A stretch of DNA of 64,000 nt, from the NCBI GenBank assembly GCA_031360095.1, contig JANMAY010000055.1, forward strand, positions 175-64,174, in the 5' to 3' direction. A model generated the notes under the pieces. The model was not told where the DNA came from, did no database searches, and was given only the letters and a program-made list of their open reading frames with translations. The DNA is from Gemmatimonadaceae bacterium. Its GTDB lineage: Bacteria; Gemmatimonadota; Gemmatimonadetes; Gemmatimonadales; Gemmatimonadaceae. The translations under genes were made by a program, and so were the position numbers. Position 1 is the first letter of the stretch, and the number at the start of each line of letters is the position of its first letter. Shown here piece by piece: positions 48,036 to 61,100 of this stretch.

Positions 48036-50081
48036 TCAGGCGCCGCGCATCAGCTCCTCGTATTGCTGCTTCATCCGCGAGAGCATTCGGCCGAATTCGG
48101 GATCGCCACGGATTCGGTCCAGCGAAGGATCCGACGCGAACAGCAGATAGCAGGGAAAGCCGTCGTCGGCGGCCTTTCGGAGCCACGGAACGGCATCGCG
48201 CGCGCTGCCGAGCATCGCGTACGCACTCCCGACATTGTACTCCGAGTGATGGAAGTGGCCGAACCCGCTACCCAGCCGGCTCGCCAGCGCGGCGTCACGA
48301 TCGACAGCGGTCCGGTCGCCGCGCCTCGCATCCAGCATGGCCCGCGTACTCCCGACGAGCCCGCCGCGGTCGATCGCCCGAGAACGCGCAAACGCGTCGA
48401 GCGTCTCCCGTGCGCCACTGGTGTCGCTCATTTGCAGCTGCGACCACGCCACGTGATACGCCCACAGCGAAGGGTTGAAGGTGGGCGGAATCTTTCGATA
48501 AACCTCGAGTGCGCCGGCGAAGTCGAGCCGGTACGCCTTGCCCACCCCAACACGGAACTGCGCGAGCCGATTTGCAGGATTGAGCTCGAGTGCCAGCCCA
48601 ATCTGATGCGCCGCCGAGTCCAGCATTCCCACATGGAGATAGACCAGGCCGAGCTGGTGGTGCGCCTCATCGTAGCGAGGGTCGAGCGCGATGGCGCGCC
48701 GAAATCCCTTGATGATCTGCGCGTGGGGAAAGTGACTTCGCGGCGACCACAGCAAAAACGCGCGGGCGTAGTGCGCCTCGGCAAGATTAGGGTCGAGTTG
48801 GAGCGCATGCTCGGCGGCCACATCACCCTTCTCGGCGTCCACTGAGTCATTTGGCGCGAAATAAAACACGTGGGTCGCGTAGGCGTTCGCCAGCGCCGCG
48901 AGCGCAGCCGGAAAGTTGGGATCCCGCTGCACGGCAGCTTCCAGCACCGCGATCGCCTGCGAGATGTCCTCACCATTCTCCTTCCGCAAATGCACCTTCC
49001 CGCGGAGGTACAGCTCGTTCGCAACCACGTCGGAACTCGGGCGCGCCTGCGGGCTTGCCGGCATCGCGCGCACCTCGCTCTCCAAGGTCGACGTGGATCC
49101 CGGACCAGCAATCGCAATGCTGGATACAGGAGGGCGCAACATGCGAAGAGCCATCGTGACACCCACCACACCAATCGCTACGACAGATGCGATCACCAGC
49201 CGCCGCGTAGTCATTCCTGACATTCGGCCAGAGCCACCGCTTAGAATCCGCTGCTCGCCGCGCAGCGCCGCGACGAACTCCGCGGCAGTGGCGTAGCGCT
49301 CCGCTGGCACCTTGGCCAGCGCGAGCATGACGGCCTGTTCGACTGCACGCGGAATCTCCGGACGGATAGTGCGAAGGGAGGGCGGCACGTCCACCGCGTG
49401 TCGCGCGAGGATGGCCTGCGCGGTGGCGCCGGTAAAGGGCGGCGTCCCCGCCAGCATCTCGTAGGTAAGGCAGCCGAGCGCGTAGATATCACCGCGCGCG
49501 TCGGGCTCGCGCGCGCCATCGATCTGCTCCGGGCTCATGTAATGGGGCGTGCCCACGAGCATGCCAGTCGACGTGATCCGCTCGCCATCCGCGACAAGCC
49601 TGCGCGCGATGCCAAAGTCGGTGAGCACCGCGTGTCCATCGATCAGCATCACGTTCTCGGGCTTCACGTCGCGGTGGATGACGCCACGGCGATGCGCGTG
49701 CTCGAGCGCCTCGCCGATTTCGCCTGCGAAGCGCACGGCGTCGGCAGTTGAGAGCTGGCGCTCGCGCTGCAGCAACCCGCGCAGCGATTCCCCGTCCACC
49801 ACCGGCATCGCAAAGTAGAGGTGCTCTCCGGTTCGTCCGGAATGCAACAGCGGGAGCACTCCGGGATGGGCGAGTGAGCCCACGGCGCGCACCTCGCGGA
49901 GGAATCGTTCCGCGACGGAGGGATCGGTCTGGTCTGCGGCGATCACCTTCAGGGCCACTGCGCGCTGCTCGACCCTGTCGTCAGCGAGATACACGGTGGC
50001 CATCCCGCCGCGCCCGAGCACGCGGCGGAGCGTGTAGCGGCCGTCGAACTCGCTGGGAAAGTCGGCGGGAAGGGGGGGCAT
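48036..50081 (-). CDS. Ser/Thr protein kinase with transmembrane segment and C-terminal TPR repeats
   Basis: ORF 48036-50114 trimmed to the ATG at 50081, 10 nt after the pilB stop. Kinase motifs are GRGGMATVY, HRDVKPENVML, DFGIAR and YMSPE. A transmembrane helix (LVIASVVAIGVVGVTMAL) is followed by TPR-like repeats. Confidence 0.85.
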   Translation of the reverse strand: MPPLPADFPSEFDGRYTLRRVLGRGGMATVYLADDRVEQRAVALKVIAADQTDPSVAERFLREVRAVGSLAHPGVLPLLHSGRTGEHLYFAMPVVDGESLRGLLQRERQLSTADAVRFAGEIGEALEHAHRRGVIHRDVKPENVMLIDGHAVLTDFGIARRLVADGERITSTGMLVGTPHYMSPEQIDGAREPDARGDIYALGCLTYEMLAGTPPFTGATAQAILARHAVDVPPSLRTIRPEIPRAVEQAVMLALAKVPAERYATAAEFVAALRGEQRILSGGSGRMSGMTTRRLVIASVVAIGVVGVTMALRMLRPPVSSIAIAGPGSTSTLESEVRAMPASPQARPSSDVVANELYLRGKVHLRKENGEDISQAIAVLEAAVQRDPNFPAALAALANAYATHVFYFAPNDSVDAEKGDVAAEHALQLDPNLAEAHYARAFLLWSPRSHFPHAQIIKGFRRAIALDPRYDEAHHQLGLVYLHVGMLDSAAHQIGLALELNPANRLAQFRVGVGKAYRLDFAGALEVYRKIPPTFNPSLWAYHVAWSQLQMSDTSGARETLDAFARSRAIDRGGLVGSTRAMLDARRGDRTAVDRDAALASRLGSGFGHFHHSEYNVGSAYAMLGSARDAVPWLRKAADDGFPCYLLFASDPSLDRIRGDPEFGRMLSRMKQQYEELMRGA

Positions 50082-50091
50082 CGCCGGCGGG

Positions 50092-51921
<1,830 letters not shown>

Positions 51922-52035
51922 AAACGGACGGGGAGCGGCGAAGGGGAGCCACGAACAGCGGTCGCGAGGCGCCGCGAGTCCGGACAAAGGACGGACGCTG
52001 AAGCTCGCCCCCTACGTCGTGCCTGTCAAGAATTT

Positions 52036-52677
52036 CTAATGTCCGGTGCGGGCAGGCGTCGCGCCGGAGAAAGTAACCAGATCACTGAGCTTTTGAAGGG
52101 TAGCGGCTCCAAGACCCTTGACTCGACCTAGTCCGTCAAGGGATTTGAACGCGCCAAAGGAGTCGCGATTGGCGACGATTCGCCTTGCCGTCGCCGCGCC
52201 AACGCGGGGGAGCTTGTCGATTTCGGCCGCACTGGCAACGTCGAGGTCGATGCGCGACCGCTCACCTTTATATATGGTAGCGCGCGGGAGCGGCGCTGGA
52301 GTCCGATAGTCGACATCGATTCGAGGTCCGGGCGGCGGAAAGCCGGATCTGGACGAGACGGACCCGTACGGGGCGTGAGAAAATGGGTCGTCTGGCCTGG
52401 CAAAGTTCTGTGGGACGGAGGCGACACCAGCGACTATTTTGGCGACAGTATCGCGACTGCTAGGCGTCATTTTATGCTGTCTAGCTCCTTTGCTGCGCTT
52501 TGTTTTCGTGGCCTCCGCGGCGGCTTGATCTGCTGCCGTTGCTTGACCTGCGAGGGCCTGCTGCTCCGATTCAGTCGGACCCGCTGCGGAGCCGGCGCGA
52601 ACGACCCGGACGGCGCCGCCGAGCAGGATGATGATGGCGACGAAGGCGAGGGCCTTTTGTTCTGAGGGTGTTGGCAT
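52036..52677 (-). CDS. comEA: ComEA-like helix-hairpin-helix DNA-binding protein
   Basis: ORF 52036-52728 trimmed to the ATG at 52677 (MPTPSEQKALAFVAIIILLGGAV membrane anchor). The C-terminal tandem HhH region is IDLDVASAAEIDKLPRVGAATARRIVANRDSFGAFKSLDGLGRVKGLGAATLQKL. Confidence 0.75.
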   Translation of the reverse strand: MPTPSEQKALAFVAIIILLGGAVRVVRAGSAAGPTESEQQALAGQATAADQAAAEATKTKRSKGARQHKMTPSSRDTVAKIVAGVASVPQNFARPDDPFSHAPYGSVSSRSGFPPPGPRIDVDYRTPAPLPRATIYKGERSRIDLDVASAAEIDKLPRVGAATARRIVANRDSFGAFKSLDGLGRVKGLGAATLQKLSDLVTFSGATPARTGH

Positions 52678-52834
52678 GGGGCGGAAGATGCCGAGTGTGG
52701 CCACCTGTCCATCACCGAATCCGTGCATGTACGATCAAAACACCCGACGTGTCGCGGAGAACTTTCAAAGCGCTTGCTCAGAAGTCCTCCGCGACAACCA
52801 AACTTCGCAGTGGATTTGCCTTGTTGCGGCGGTG

Positions 52835-53317
52835 TTACGCCGCCTTTCTGGTCGAGATGGGGAGCGGAACCAACTCCGCCGCACGGACCCGACCAAAGAC
52901 TCGCCGCTCAACGATCGCATCGACTGAGAATGCGCCCGCGCCCGTCACGCCAAGAGCTGTGGCCATGGCGAGGAGTGCGAGGGGGAACTCGAATCCGCCG
53001 GGGTTGAAGAATCCCGCCTTGAGATGCACAGCCAGGATGGCTACGACCATGGTGCTGGAGAGTCCGAACGCGGCGAAGCGCGTCAGGAGGCCGAGGATGA
53101 TCGCGAGCCCGCCGAAGAGCTCGACGAGGGCGACGAAGGGTCCGAGCAGGCCTGGTATGGGCATGCCCATCTGCGCGAATGCGCCAGAGACGCCGGCGAA
53201 GCCATAGACGAACAACTTTTGCCCCCCGTGCATGACGAAGGTGGCGCCAAGGACGACGCGGAGGATTGTGAGGCCGATGGTGACTTGGCGCGCGGAGGGA
53301 GAACGGAAGATCGACAT
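52835..53317 (-). CDS. DoxX family membrane protein
   Basis: 160 aa with four predicted transmembrane helices. The characteristic DoxX stretch is LRVVLGATFVMHGGQKLF...VELFGGLAIILGLLTRFAAF. Confidence 0.8.
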   Translation of the reverse strand: MSIFRSPSARQVTIGLTILRVVLGATFVMHGGQKLFVYGFAGVSGAFAQMGMPIPGLLGPFVALVELFGGLAIILGLLTRFAAFGLSSTMVVAILAVHLKAGFFNPGGFEFPLALLAMATALGVTGAGAFSVDAIVERRVFGRVRAAELVPLPISTRKAA

Positions 53318-53361
53318 GAGAGGGTGCCTCGAGTGAGTGGTGATTCGGTGTCGCGATACTT

Positions 53362-53375
53362 GGTGTTATAACATC
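53362..53375. promoter_or_regulatory. Putative MarR operator GGTGTTATAACATC (contains the perfect palindrome TGTTATAACA)
   Basis: Read directly. It lies in the AT-rich 75-bp gap between the marR stop and the doxX start. It matches the site upstream of marR (53872-53885) in 13 of 14 positions. Confidence 0.5.
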
Positions 53376-53392
53376 TATTAGTTCAAAAAAAC

Positions 53393-53860
53393 CTAATCTT
53401 TGTCTCGCGCCTTGGTGAGCAAATCGATCAATGAGCGCAACTGAGCGTCGGTAAGGTGCCCGAGCTGCGCTTCGTGCAACTCGCTGACAGGCTGGTCGAG
53501 CTCGTCCAGCAGTCGAAGCGCCCTGGCGGTGATCCGGGTGGAAACGAGCCGCCGATCGTCGCTGTCTCTCGAGCGCAACACCAGCCCCGCCTCCTCCATC
53601 CGGTCGAGCAGGCGTGTCATGTCCGGCATGCGCGTAAGCATGCGGTCGCGCAGTGCGTTTCGACATAACCCGTCGGGTTCCGAGCCCCGAAGAATCCGGA
53701 GCACGTTGTACTGCGTGCCACTGATGCCATACGGCTTGAACAAATCTTCCATGGCATCCACGAGCGCCGTCGACGTCCGCAGCACATTCAGAAAGCACTC
53801 CTGGGAGAGGCTCGTGAACGGCTTGCTCTGGCGAAGATCACTGCGAAGCGTGGCGGGCAT
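53393..53860 (-). CDS. MarR family transcriptional regulator
   Basis: 155 aa with a winged-helix region (GISGTQYNVLRILRGSEPDGLCRNALRDRMLTRMPDMTRLLDRMEEAGLVLRSRDSDDRRLV) typical of the MarR/SlyA family. Confidence 0.85.
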   Translation of the reverse strand: MPATLRSDLRQSKPFTSLSQECFLNVLRTSTALVDAMEDLFKPYGISGTQYNVLRILRGSEPDGLCRNALRDRMLTRMPDMTRLLDRMEEAGLVLRSRDSDDRRLVSTRITARALRLLDELDQPVSELHEAQLGHLTDAQLRSLIDLLTKARDKD

Positions 53861-53871
53861 GAGTGAATGTA

Positions 53872-53885
53872 GGTGTTATGACATC
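53872..53885. promoter_or_regulatory. Putative MarR operator GGTGTTATGACATC
   Basis: Read directly. It lies 12-25 nt upstream of the marR start codon and matches the site at 53362-53375 in 13 of 14 positions. Confidence 0.5.
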
Positions 53886-54073
53886 GAGTGTCAAGACCTC
53901 GGATCGAAACGGCCGAGGTGGCATGGATTGGCGAACAACCACAATGGCGGACAGCCCAACCGCGGAACCGATATGGGAACCGCTCGAACATCCGGCGGAT
54001 CGCTCCTCGTTCAGTCGCGTAAAGATTCGTCCCAGCGACAGCTCATACGAGTAAAGGAACTCTCTTCGCTCGA

Positions 54074-55027
54074 TCATTGATCCATGATCAACGACAGCGC
54101 AACGTCTCCGACGATCTGTAGACTCTTCGCCGAGACATGCTCCATCGTATCCCCGAGCGTGTGATGGTAGTTCGGAGAGGAGTAGCCTGCCGGCCCGAGC
54201 GGACCGTAGTCGATGTCGAGCACGTCGATCACGCGATATCCCTTCTGGAGGAACGGCACGTGGTCGTCGGTGATCGCCGACGCATACGCGCGCGGGATGA
54301 AGTACTTGGCGTATCCCAGGTCCGCGGCCTTTTGCCACACTCTGCTCACGACCTCCGGCGCGCCGTTCATCGAGTTGGGCTCCTGAAGGATGTTGAGGTC
54401 TGCGTCGCCGATCATATCCCAGAGCACGCCGTAGATGGGCCGGTAGTCGGGTGACGGCGGATGCGCAACGAAGTACTGCGAGCCGAGGAGCACGTCGGTG
54501 TACGGTGGATCGAAGCTGGTGCCGTAGTCCTCACCATCCACGAGCAACAGGTCCACGCCGATGTTGGGCGGTGTCTTCTTCATCACGTCGGCAAGCGCAA
54601 TGAACAACCCGACGCCGGAGGCGCCGTCGTTGGCGCCGAGAATGGGCGTCGCGCGGTTGCCGAGCACTGGATCGCTGTCGGCCACAGGACGCGTATCCCA
54701 GTGCGTGATGTAGAGCACGCGCTGCGTGGCGTGCGGACGAAAGCGCGCGAAGATGTTTCGCAGCGCGATCGAGTCGCCCTTGAGCGTTTTGTGCTTCCAG
54801 CGCTGCTCGATGACGGTGTCCGCGCGCTGCTTCATCATCGTCACGATCCAATCCCCGGCCTTCTCGGCTCCGGCAGTGCCAGGCACGCGCGGACCGAAGG
54901 CGACCTGCTGTCGCACGTACGAAAGCGCCGAATCACCGTTGAAGGCGGTCTTCGGCCGGCTCGGCAGCTTATCGCAGGCGGTGAGGCTGATCGCAGCAGC
55001 GAGAATCATCAGCACGCGAATCGTCAT
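54074..55027 (-). CDS. M28-family lipoprotein, glutaminyl cyclase-like
   Basis: 317 aa. The lipobox is MILAAAISLTAC. The motifs ITHWDTRPVADSDP, GANDGASGVGLFIALADVM and LLLVDGEDYG are those I recall from bacterial type II glutaminyl-peptide cyclotransferases and related M28 peptidases. Confidence 0.65.
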   Translation of the reverse strand: MTIRVLMILAAAISLTACDKLPSRPKTAFNGDSALSYVRQQVAFGPRVPGTAGAEKAGDWIVTMMKQRADTVIEQRWKHKTLKGDSIALRNIFARFRPHATQRVLYITHWDTRPVADSDPVLGNRATPILGANDGASGVGLFIALADVMKKTPPNIGVDLLLVDGEDYGTSFDPPYTDVLLGSQYFVAHPPSPDYRPIYGVLWDMIGDADLNILQEPNSMNGAPEVVSRVWQKAADLGYAKYFIPRAYASAITDDHVPFLQKGYRVIDVLDIDYGPLGPAGYSSPNYHHTLGDTMEHVSAKSLQIVGDVALSLIMDQ

Positions 55028-55033
55028 TGATGG

Positions 55034-55149
55034 GTAGGACTGTAGGACGGTAGGCCGGTAGGACGGTAGGACGGTAGGACGGGAGAGAGCGGAGCGGGGG
55101 AGACCAGCGGGAGCGGATCGTGTTGCAGTTTGCGGTCCTACGGTCCTAC
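55034..55149. repeat. Second inverted array of the 8-bp unit: (GTAGGMYK)x6 at 55034-55081 and (GGTCCTAC)x2 at 55134-55149
   Basis: Counted directly. The left-arm units are GTAGGACT, GTAGGACG, GTAGGCCG, GTAGGACG, GTAGGACG, GTAGGACG. After a 52-bp spacer come two reverse-complement units. The element fills the gap between the sprA stop (55151) and the M28 gene start (55027). Confidence 0.9.
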
Positions 55150-55150
55150 G

Positions 55151-58100
55151 TCATTTCGGTTCCCCAAAGAACTGCACCTGCAGCACCGTCGACAGCACGA
55201 GCTGTGTCGCGCGACGGTTGAAGTTGTTGTCGTACGTGATCACACGCGAGCCCTGCAGCGTGAAGATTACAGTTTCGCTCAAGTCGGTGTCGGCATTGAT
55301 GCTCACCGCGCTGCGGCCGTTGTCGGCGAGGCGGCTCGTTCCCAGGCGCGCAAGATCGTTGATGTACGTGCTCGTGCGCGTCTGCTGCCACCCCACACGC
55401 GTGCGAATGTCGTTCTCGATGGTGAAGCCGAGGCTTTTCGGCAGCTTGAATGGACGGCCGATATCGAGGCTCACTTCCTCGGACCTTCCGTCGGCGACGC
55501 TGCCGGGAAGTGAATCGACGCGCGTCGTCAGTGTATAGCCGGCAGACGATGTGAGCCCGCGCCCGAAGCCCCACAGCACCGACGCATTGAGCGGGATGGT
55601 GCGCGTTCGTGAGCCGCGGAGCTCCGGTCGCTCACGGTTTACATCGCCGGGCAAAAGGGTGGACGCAAGGGAGCGCGCGTAGCCGGCGTTGGCGCCGACG
55701 GAGGCGAGAAATGGCAGCACCATTGCGGGCGGCTTCCAGTTCCAGCGAACGCTGACGTCGGGGAACACGGTCTGTGCGCCGTCGGCGACAGACTGCGCGT
55801 CGTCGGAGCGACGCGTCCAACTGCGCGTCGTGGTGCGGCGGTAGCGATTTACGAAGGCGACGTTTCCGGGAAAGAGAAACGACTGGCTCGCAGCGAGCGC
55901 CTGGGTGAGGCCGGTGGTCGCAGCGAGTTGGCCATTCGCCTGTCGAAACGCATCGATGCCTCCCAGTCCGAACTGCAGGCCGAGGGGCGAACCGTTGCTG
56001 GCGGCGTCGAACGCGGAGAGCAAGCTGCGATTGACGGTGATGTCGAGTGGCGCAAACACTCTGGCAAGCCGCCGAGCGAGCGAGGAATCCGCGCCGTAGA
56101 TCGTGAGGGCGCGGCCGAGATCGATCGTCACGCCGCCGCCGAGGTTCTGCGACACCGTGATACGGCGCGGCAATGTCTCCGTCACGGTGTTGCCGAACGT
56201 GAGACCGGCGAGCGAGCCGGCGTTCGGATCGCGCAGCATGCCGTACTGCGTGCCGAAGTCCACGCGCGGCTTGAACCACTGCGAGCGCTGTGGCGCGAAT
56301 GCCATCGACGTGAGCAGAGAGCGTTCGCGCTCCATCCCGACATTGGCGCCGAACAGCTGCGCGCGACTATCGGTAGCCGCTCGGGCAGCGGCGGTCGTAT
56401 CCCCATAGTCGCGGAGGTCGCGCAATGAGATGAAGTCCCAGCGCGCGGTGAGTGCGTCGGTAGGGCGGAACTCGAGCGTGCTCGCGTTGCGCCACAGGTT
56501 TTGTTCGGCGCGCGAGACGCGAGCGGAATCGTCGAACGCGGCGGCGGGCTTGAGAAACGAAAACCGCTGATCGGTACCGCGCACCACGCCGCTGGAGAAG
56601 CGCAGCACCGTGGGATTCCAGCGAAACAGCGTGGGTTGATTGAGGGTGTCCGCGAAGCGAAAGAATCCAGGCATGAACCTCGACGGCGAGCCAAGCAGCC
56701 CGGGCACGCGCGTGCGCCGCGCTTCCGCCGCGACGCTGTAGTCGAGGCTCATCGCAAAGTTGTCACTCACGCCTCGCTGATATTCGTTGCGGCTGTCGCC
56801 CGTGGTGTAGGTCGAGGTCAACCCGAGATTGTCCACCAGCGCGCTGACGAGCGGATTGCCCACAGGCGCCGTACGACGCACCGTGAGCGCGTACGTCGTG
56901 ACCCCCTGGGACGGAGCGCGCAGATTCTGCACTCCCGCGCCGGGAACGTCGGTGCCACTCAGGAACAGTGGTGTACTCGCCGCAGACACGTGCGTGATGG
57001 TGAGCGGCACGGCGAACCCGAAGCTCACCGGCAACAGCTTTTCCAGATGCACGGTGCCAACGAGATCGAACACGCGATCGTTCACGAAGCTCGGCTGGTC
57101 GGTGAGCTGGCGAAAGTACGGATCCTTCTTCGTGAACCCCACGCGAATGTCAGCGATGCCCGCCGCGGATAGCGCAACGCTCATCTGGCCGGCATATCCG
57201 GGATGGTTGACGACCTGGCCGAGCCGGATGTCGTCGACCCAGAGTTCGAGTGAATCGGCAGGGCCGATCGTGCTCGGTGCACCGCCCGTCGCCGGAAGGC
57301 GGACGAAGCCAACGGCCATCTCCTGCACCGCCGCGAGATTGGGCGGTGCCGCTCCCGGCTCGACGGTGTACACCATGTAGCCGCCGTCGCACGCGGCGTA
57401 GCGCTGCTGGCCGGAGATCGCGGGAATCGGCGATGCGTTCACCAGGGCCGCATCGGCACCTGTGCACGAGAGCGTGTCGCCCTTGTTCTGCAGATACGCG
57501 TTCTGGATGCGCTGTCGCAACTGGAAGAAGCGGTCGAAGTCCACCCGGACTTCGGGATTCCATGCCTCCTGCCCCGGACCACTGTTGACCGGCGTGCGAT
57601 AGAGATAAAAGTTGTTCGCATCGCGTCCGATCTTCACGTACATCTGGAGCTCTCCGCGATCACCCCATCCGTTGCGGCGTCCGCGCGCCCAGAGCCTGAG
57701 CTGCTGGTACCCCATGAAGCTCTGCTGGCCATTGGGAAAGCGATAATACGCTTCGGCTCGGCCATACACCGGAAGGTTGCCCGCCTGTAGACGCAGCGAG
57801 CGCTCGTTGATCTGTGTCAGCCCCGTCGTGAACTGCGAGGTGCGCGTGTCGGCTTCGTCGATCACGCCGGGGGGCGGCTGGTAGTCGTCGCCGCTGACGG
57901 TGGACTTGTCCGCCGTTCCGATCAGCGACGTTTGCGTATATCCACCGGCTGGCCGCTCGCCAGCGATGCCCGACAGCGTTTGCTCGTTGCGCTTGATCCA
58001 CGGCGCTCCGGTGAGCTTGAGGCGCGCGAGGGGAATCTGAATGAACTCATCGTCGCGCGCACCTGCCCCGCTCACCATCGTCACGCGCAGCGCACGAACG

Positions 58101-61100
58101 CGGCGCAGGAGCACGTCGTTGAGCGTGTCGTCGGCGAGGCGGAAGGGCACCTTCACCTGCACCCACTGAAGCGCGCGAGGGGTGCCCGTGGCATCCAGGC
58201 GCTGGACGAACCGCTTTCCGAATCGCACCCAGCGTTTTTGATCGCTGAGGTCGACGACGAAGCGTGTGATGCGCTCGCGATCGCGCACGCTGCTCGGCAA
58301 GTTGAGGACGTTGTCGAGATCGATGTCTTCCTCGTCGAGCTTGTTGTTGTGCACCGTGCAATTAGCGCGCGTGTCGCCAAGTCGCGCGACGACGTTCAGC
58401 GTGCCGGAGCAGAGGGGAACGTTGAAGGCGCGTGTTGTCCCCGCGCCGGTGTCGACGAGCAGCGTATCCGCGATGTCGCCCGGCAGTCCGGTGTCGTTCG
58501 CATCGGCGTTGAATGCGCGGGAGATGGGATCGCGCTCCGAATCCAGACGGTCGAATCCCTGGAGCTTTTTGCCACGAAAGAGCGAGTCCGGCGTGGAACC
58601 GGGCCGGACGACGAGCGTTTCCGGCGCGAATGCGACGGTGTTCTCGGAGATCTCACCGAGATCGAAGACGAGTGTGGGATTGGACGCACGGCGCGCCGCG
58701 CTCGTGTCGACGAGCGTCCAAAACTCGAGGTCTTCGACGCGCGAGAGATCGGCACCGGACGGACTGAGCACGGTGCGCACGGACCGAAATCGGCGACCGG
58801 ATGGCGCGTTGGCGACCGACCAGGCATACGTGCGCGTCGCAGGATCGTACCGGCCGCCGATGCTCAAAGGATACAACGTGAGCCAGAGCACCGTCTCATT
58901 CGACGAGAAGAGGCCAGCGGTGAGCGCATTCTGATCGATGCTGTCACCGCGCACGAGGACGTTCACCCCATCGGCCGAGAGGCCGTTGTTCTGAAATGCG
59001 ATGGTGGAGGCTCGGCGAAGATCGAACGGATTGACGCCGTATTTCCGCGGCAGGAGGTGTCCGTCGGCGGGTTGACTTGCGAGCGCCCAGTTCTGGTCGG
59101 AGAGACCGACGGTAATCCCTGCCTCGCCCTCGAAGCTTTCGATGAACGCCTGGGCCTGTGTGTTCAGCTGCGGGCGGCTGGTGGCGAATTCGCCTTGCAC
59201 GCTGAGTCGTGACGGCGTCGTGCTCTTCACGAACGGCAAACGATTCATCAGCCGGGTGAGCGGCGCGACCTCCCATCCGATCTGCCCATTCACGCCGGCA
59301 AGAAGCGACGACACCGGCTCGAAGCCGAGCTGCGGGCGAGTGAAGTTGGTTTTCTGCGACTGCTGGACGGCGATGAAATTCAGCTCGCCATTCGGGAGTG
59401 GGAGTGTGCTCGTCATGCCGAACAGCGTCGTGGGTGTGACGGCGAACAGCGGATTCTCTTCGAATCGAACGCTCACCGCGCGCTGGCGTGTGAACAGCGT
59501 GTCTGGCCGCGCGAAGGTGAGCCGGCCGAGCTCGTAGTCGACGCGATAGTCGACGTCGCGCACGAGCGGCCTGCCATCGAGCACGACGCGCTCCGATCCC
59601 CTGCGCACCTGCACGCTGCCGAGCATGACGGCGCCGCCGGTGGATTCGGTGCTGGCATCGGTCTCGTAGCGCACCTTCAGGCGATAGACGTTCGCGGGAT
59701 GCTGCGGCGAATAGAGGTATTCGCCCGGGGTGACGTAGATCGCGTCGTTACTCGGGTTGCCCGGCACGACAAGCCCCGAGTCGCGGCGGGCGAACGGCTG
59801 AAGGGAGGGAAAGATCACGAAGTGGTCGCGAATGATCCGTCCGCCGCTCGCCGCGCTCGCGCTCGATGCGGCGCCAAGGGAGGCCGCACTCGCGAGTCCG
59901 GCAGTGCCGCCGGCTGCTGCGCTGTAGTTCGGATCGGAGGGTCGTGGCCACAGGCGGTTCTCGATGTCGAAGCTCGCGGGGTTGGTGGCTTGCGCGAGGC
60001 CGAGCATCTGGAGGAACGTTGCGTACGATCCTGCGGCGGGCTTTTCCTGCTCCCCTGCTCCGCTCACGATGCGAAGCGTGGTCGTGGCGCGCACCAGCTC
60101 CTCGCCACCCACGCGATACACCGAGCGGATCTCGCGCCGAAACGCCGGCGTGCCAGGAAGCACGTTGGGATCGGACACGAGGTTCGCCTGCTGATCGGCG
60201 CTGCTGAACTGCAGATCGGGAGTTCCGCCGGTGGCGGGGTAGACGGTGTCGACGCCATTGATGCGAACGGTGTACGCGACGACGAGGCGCTCGTTGGTCT
60301 GATTGAGGGGGCGCACCAGCGCGAACCAGAGCTGCGACGGATCGAGATAGTAGTCGACGCCTTCGCGAAGTACGTCGTACGTCTGCCGGCCGCCACCCGG
60401 ATCTCCGATCAGGCGAAAGCGCGGCCCGTTGGGATTTTGCGGTTGGGTGCCGAACTGCACGCGGTACAGGAGGACGCGTCGTGGGCGCAGGGTGTCGGGG
60501 AGTGACGCGGCGAGGGCCGTGAGTTGGCGGCGGTCGAGAATGTCGATGTTCGGATACGTTCCGGTGAACAGCGTGGGATCGACGGTGAAGAAGAAGCGCC
60601 TCGGCTCGATCTGATTGTCGAGGATTTCGTGCTCGGCGCTCTGGCGGGTGCGGTCGGCGATGAGATACGTGCGCTCCTGTGCGATGTTGCCTTTCTGCTG
60701 GGCGGCGATTGCCTGGAGACGAAAGCGCCCCAGGCGTCCGTTTGCCTGGAGCCCGTAGTTTCCGCTCGGCACGCCGCTGGAGAGGAATCGCGTGGAGGGC
60801 AGCGCGAAGGCGACGTTGCCCACCTCCACGCGCTGAAGGCGGTCGGTGGCTTTACCCTGGTAGTAGATGTTCAGTGCATTCGACGCGTCGAACTCGCGCT
60901 GGGTGTCGTAGTCGACGTTCACGTGCACACGATCCGCCACGGTGCCGGTGCTTTGCATCGTGAACTGGAACTTGAAGTCCGGGGTCAGGCCGGGCCGACA
61001 TTCCACGCCGGGGATGAACTGGCCGGTGTTGCATTTCTCGTCGAGCCGGCGTTCACCTTTGGCCTCGATGCGGGTGCGAACGTCGACATTGAGGTCCGTA

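Noticed and set aside
52826-52843. Hairpin GCGGCG-GTGTTA-CGCCGC overlapping the doxX stop codon
   Set aside because: The stem is only 6 bp. The T-rich tail is on the strand with no upstream gene, and the correct strand has no U-tract. This is insufficient for a terminator call.
52908-53798. 296-aa minus-strand ORF overlapping doxX and marR in another frame
   Set aside because: Both overlapped genes have clear family signatures. This frame is Arg/His-rich with no features.
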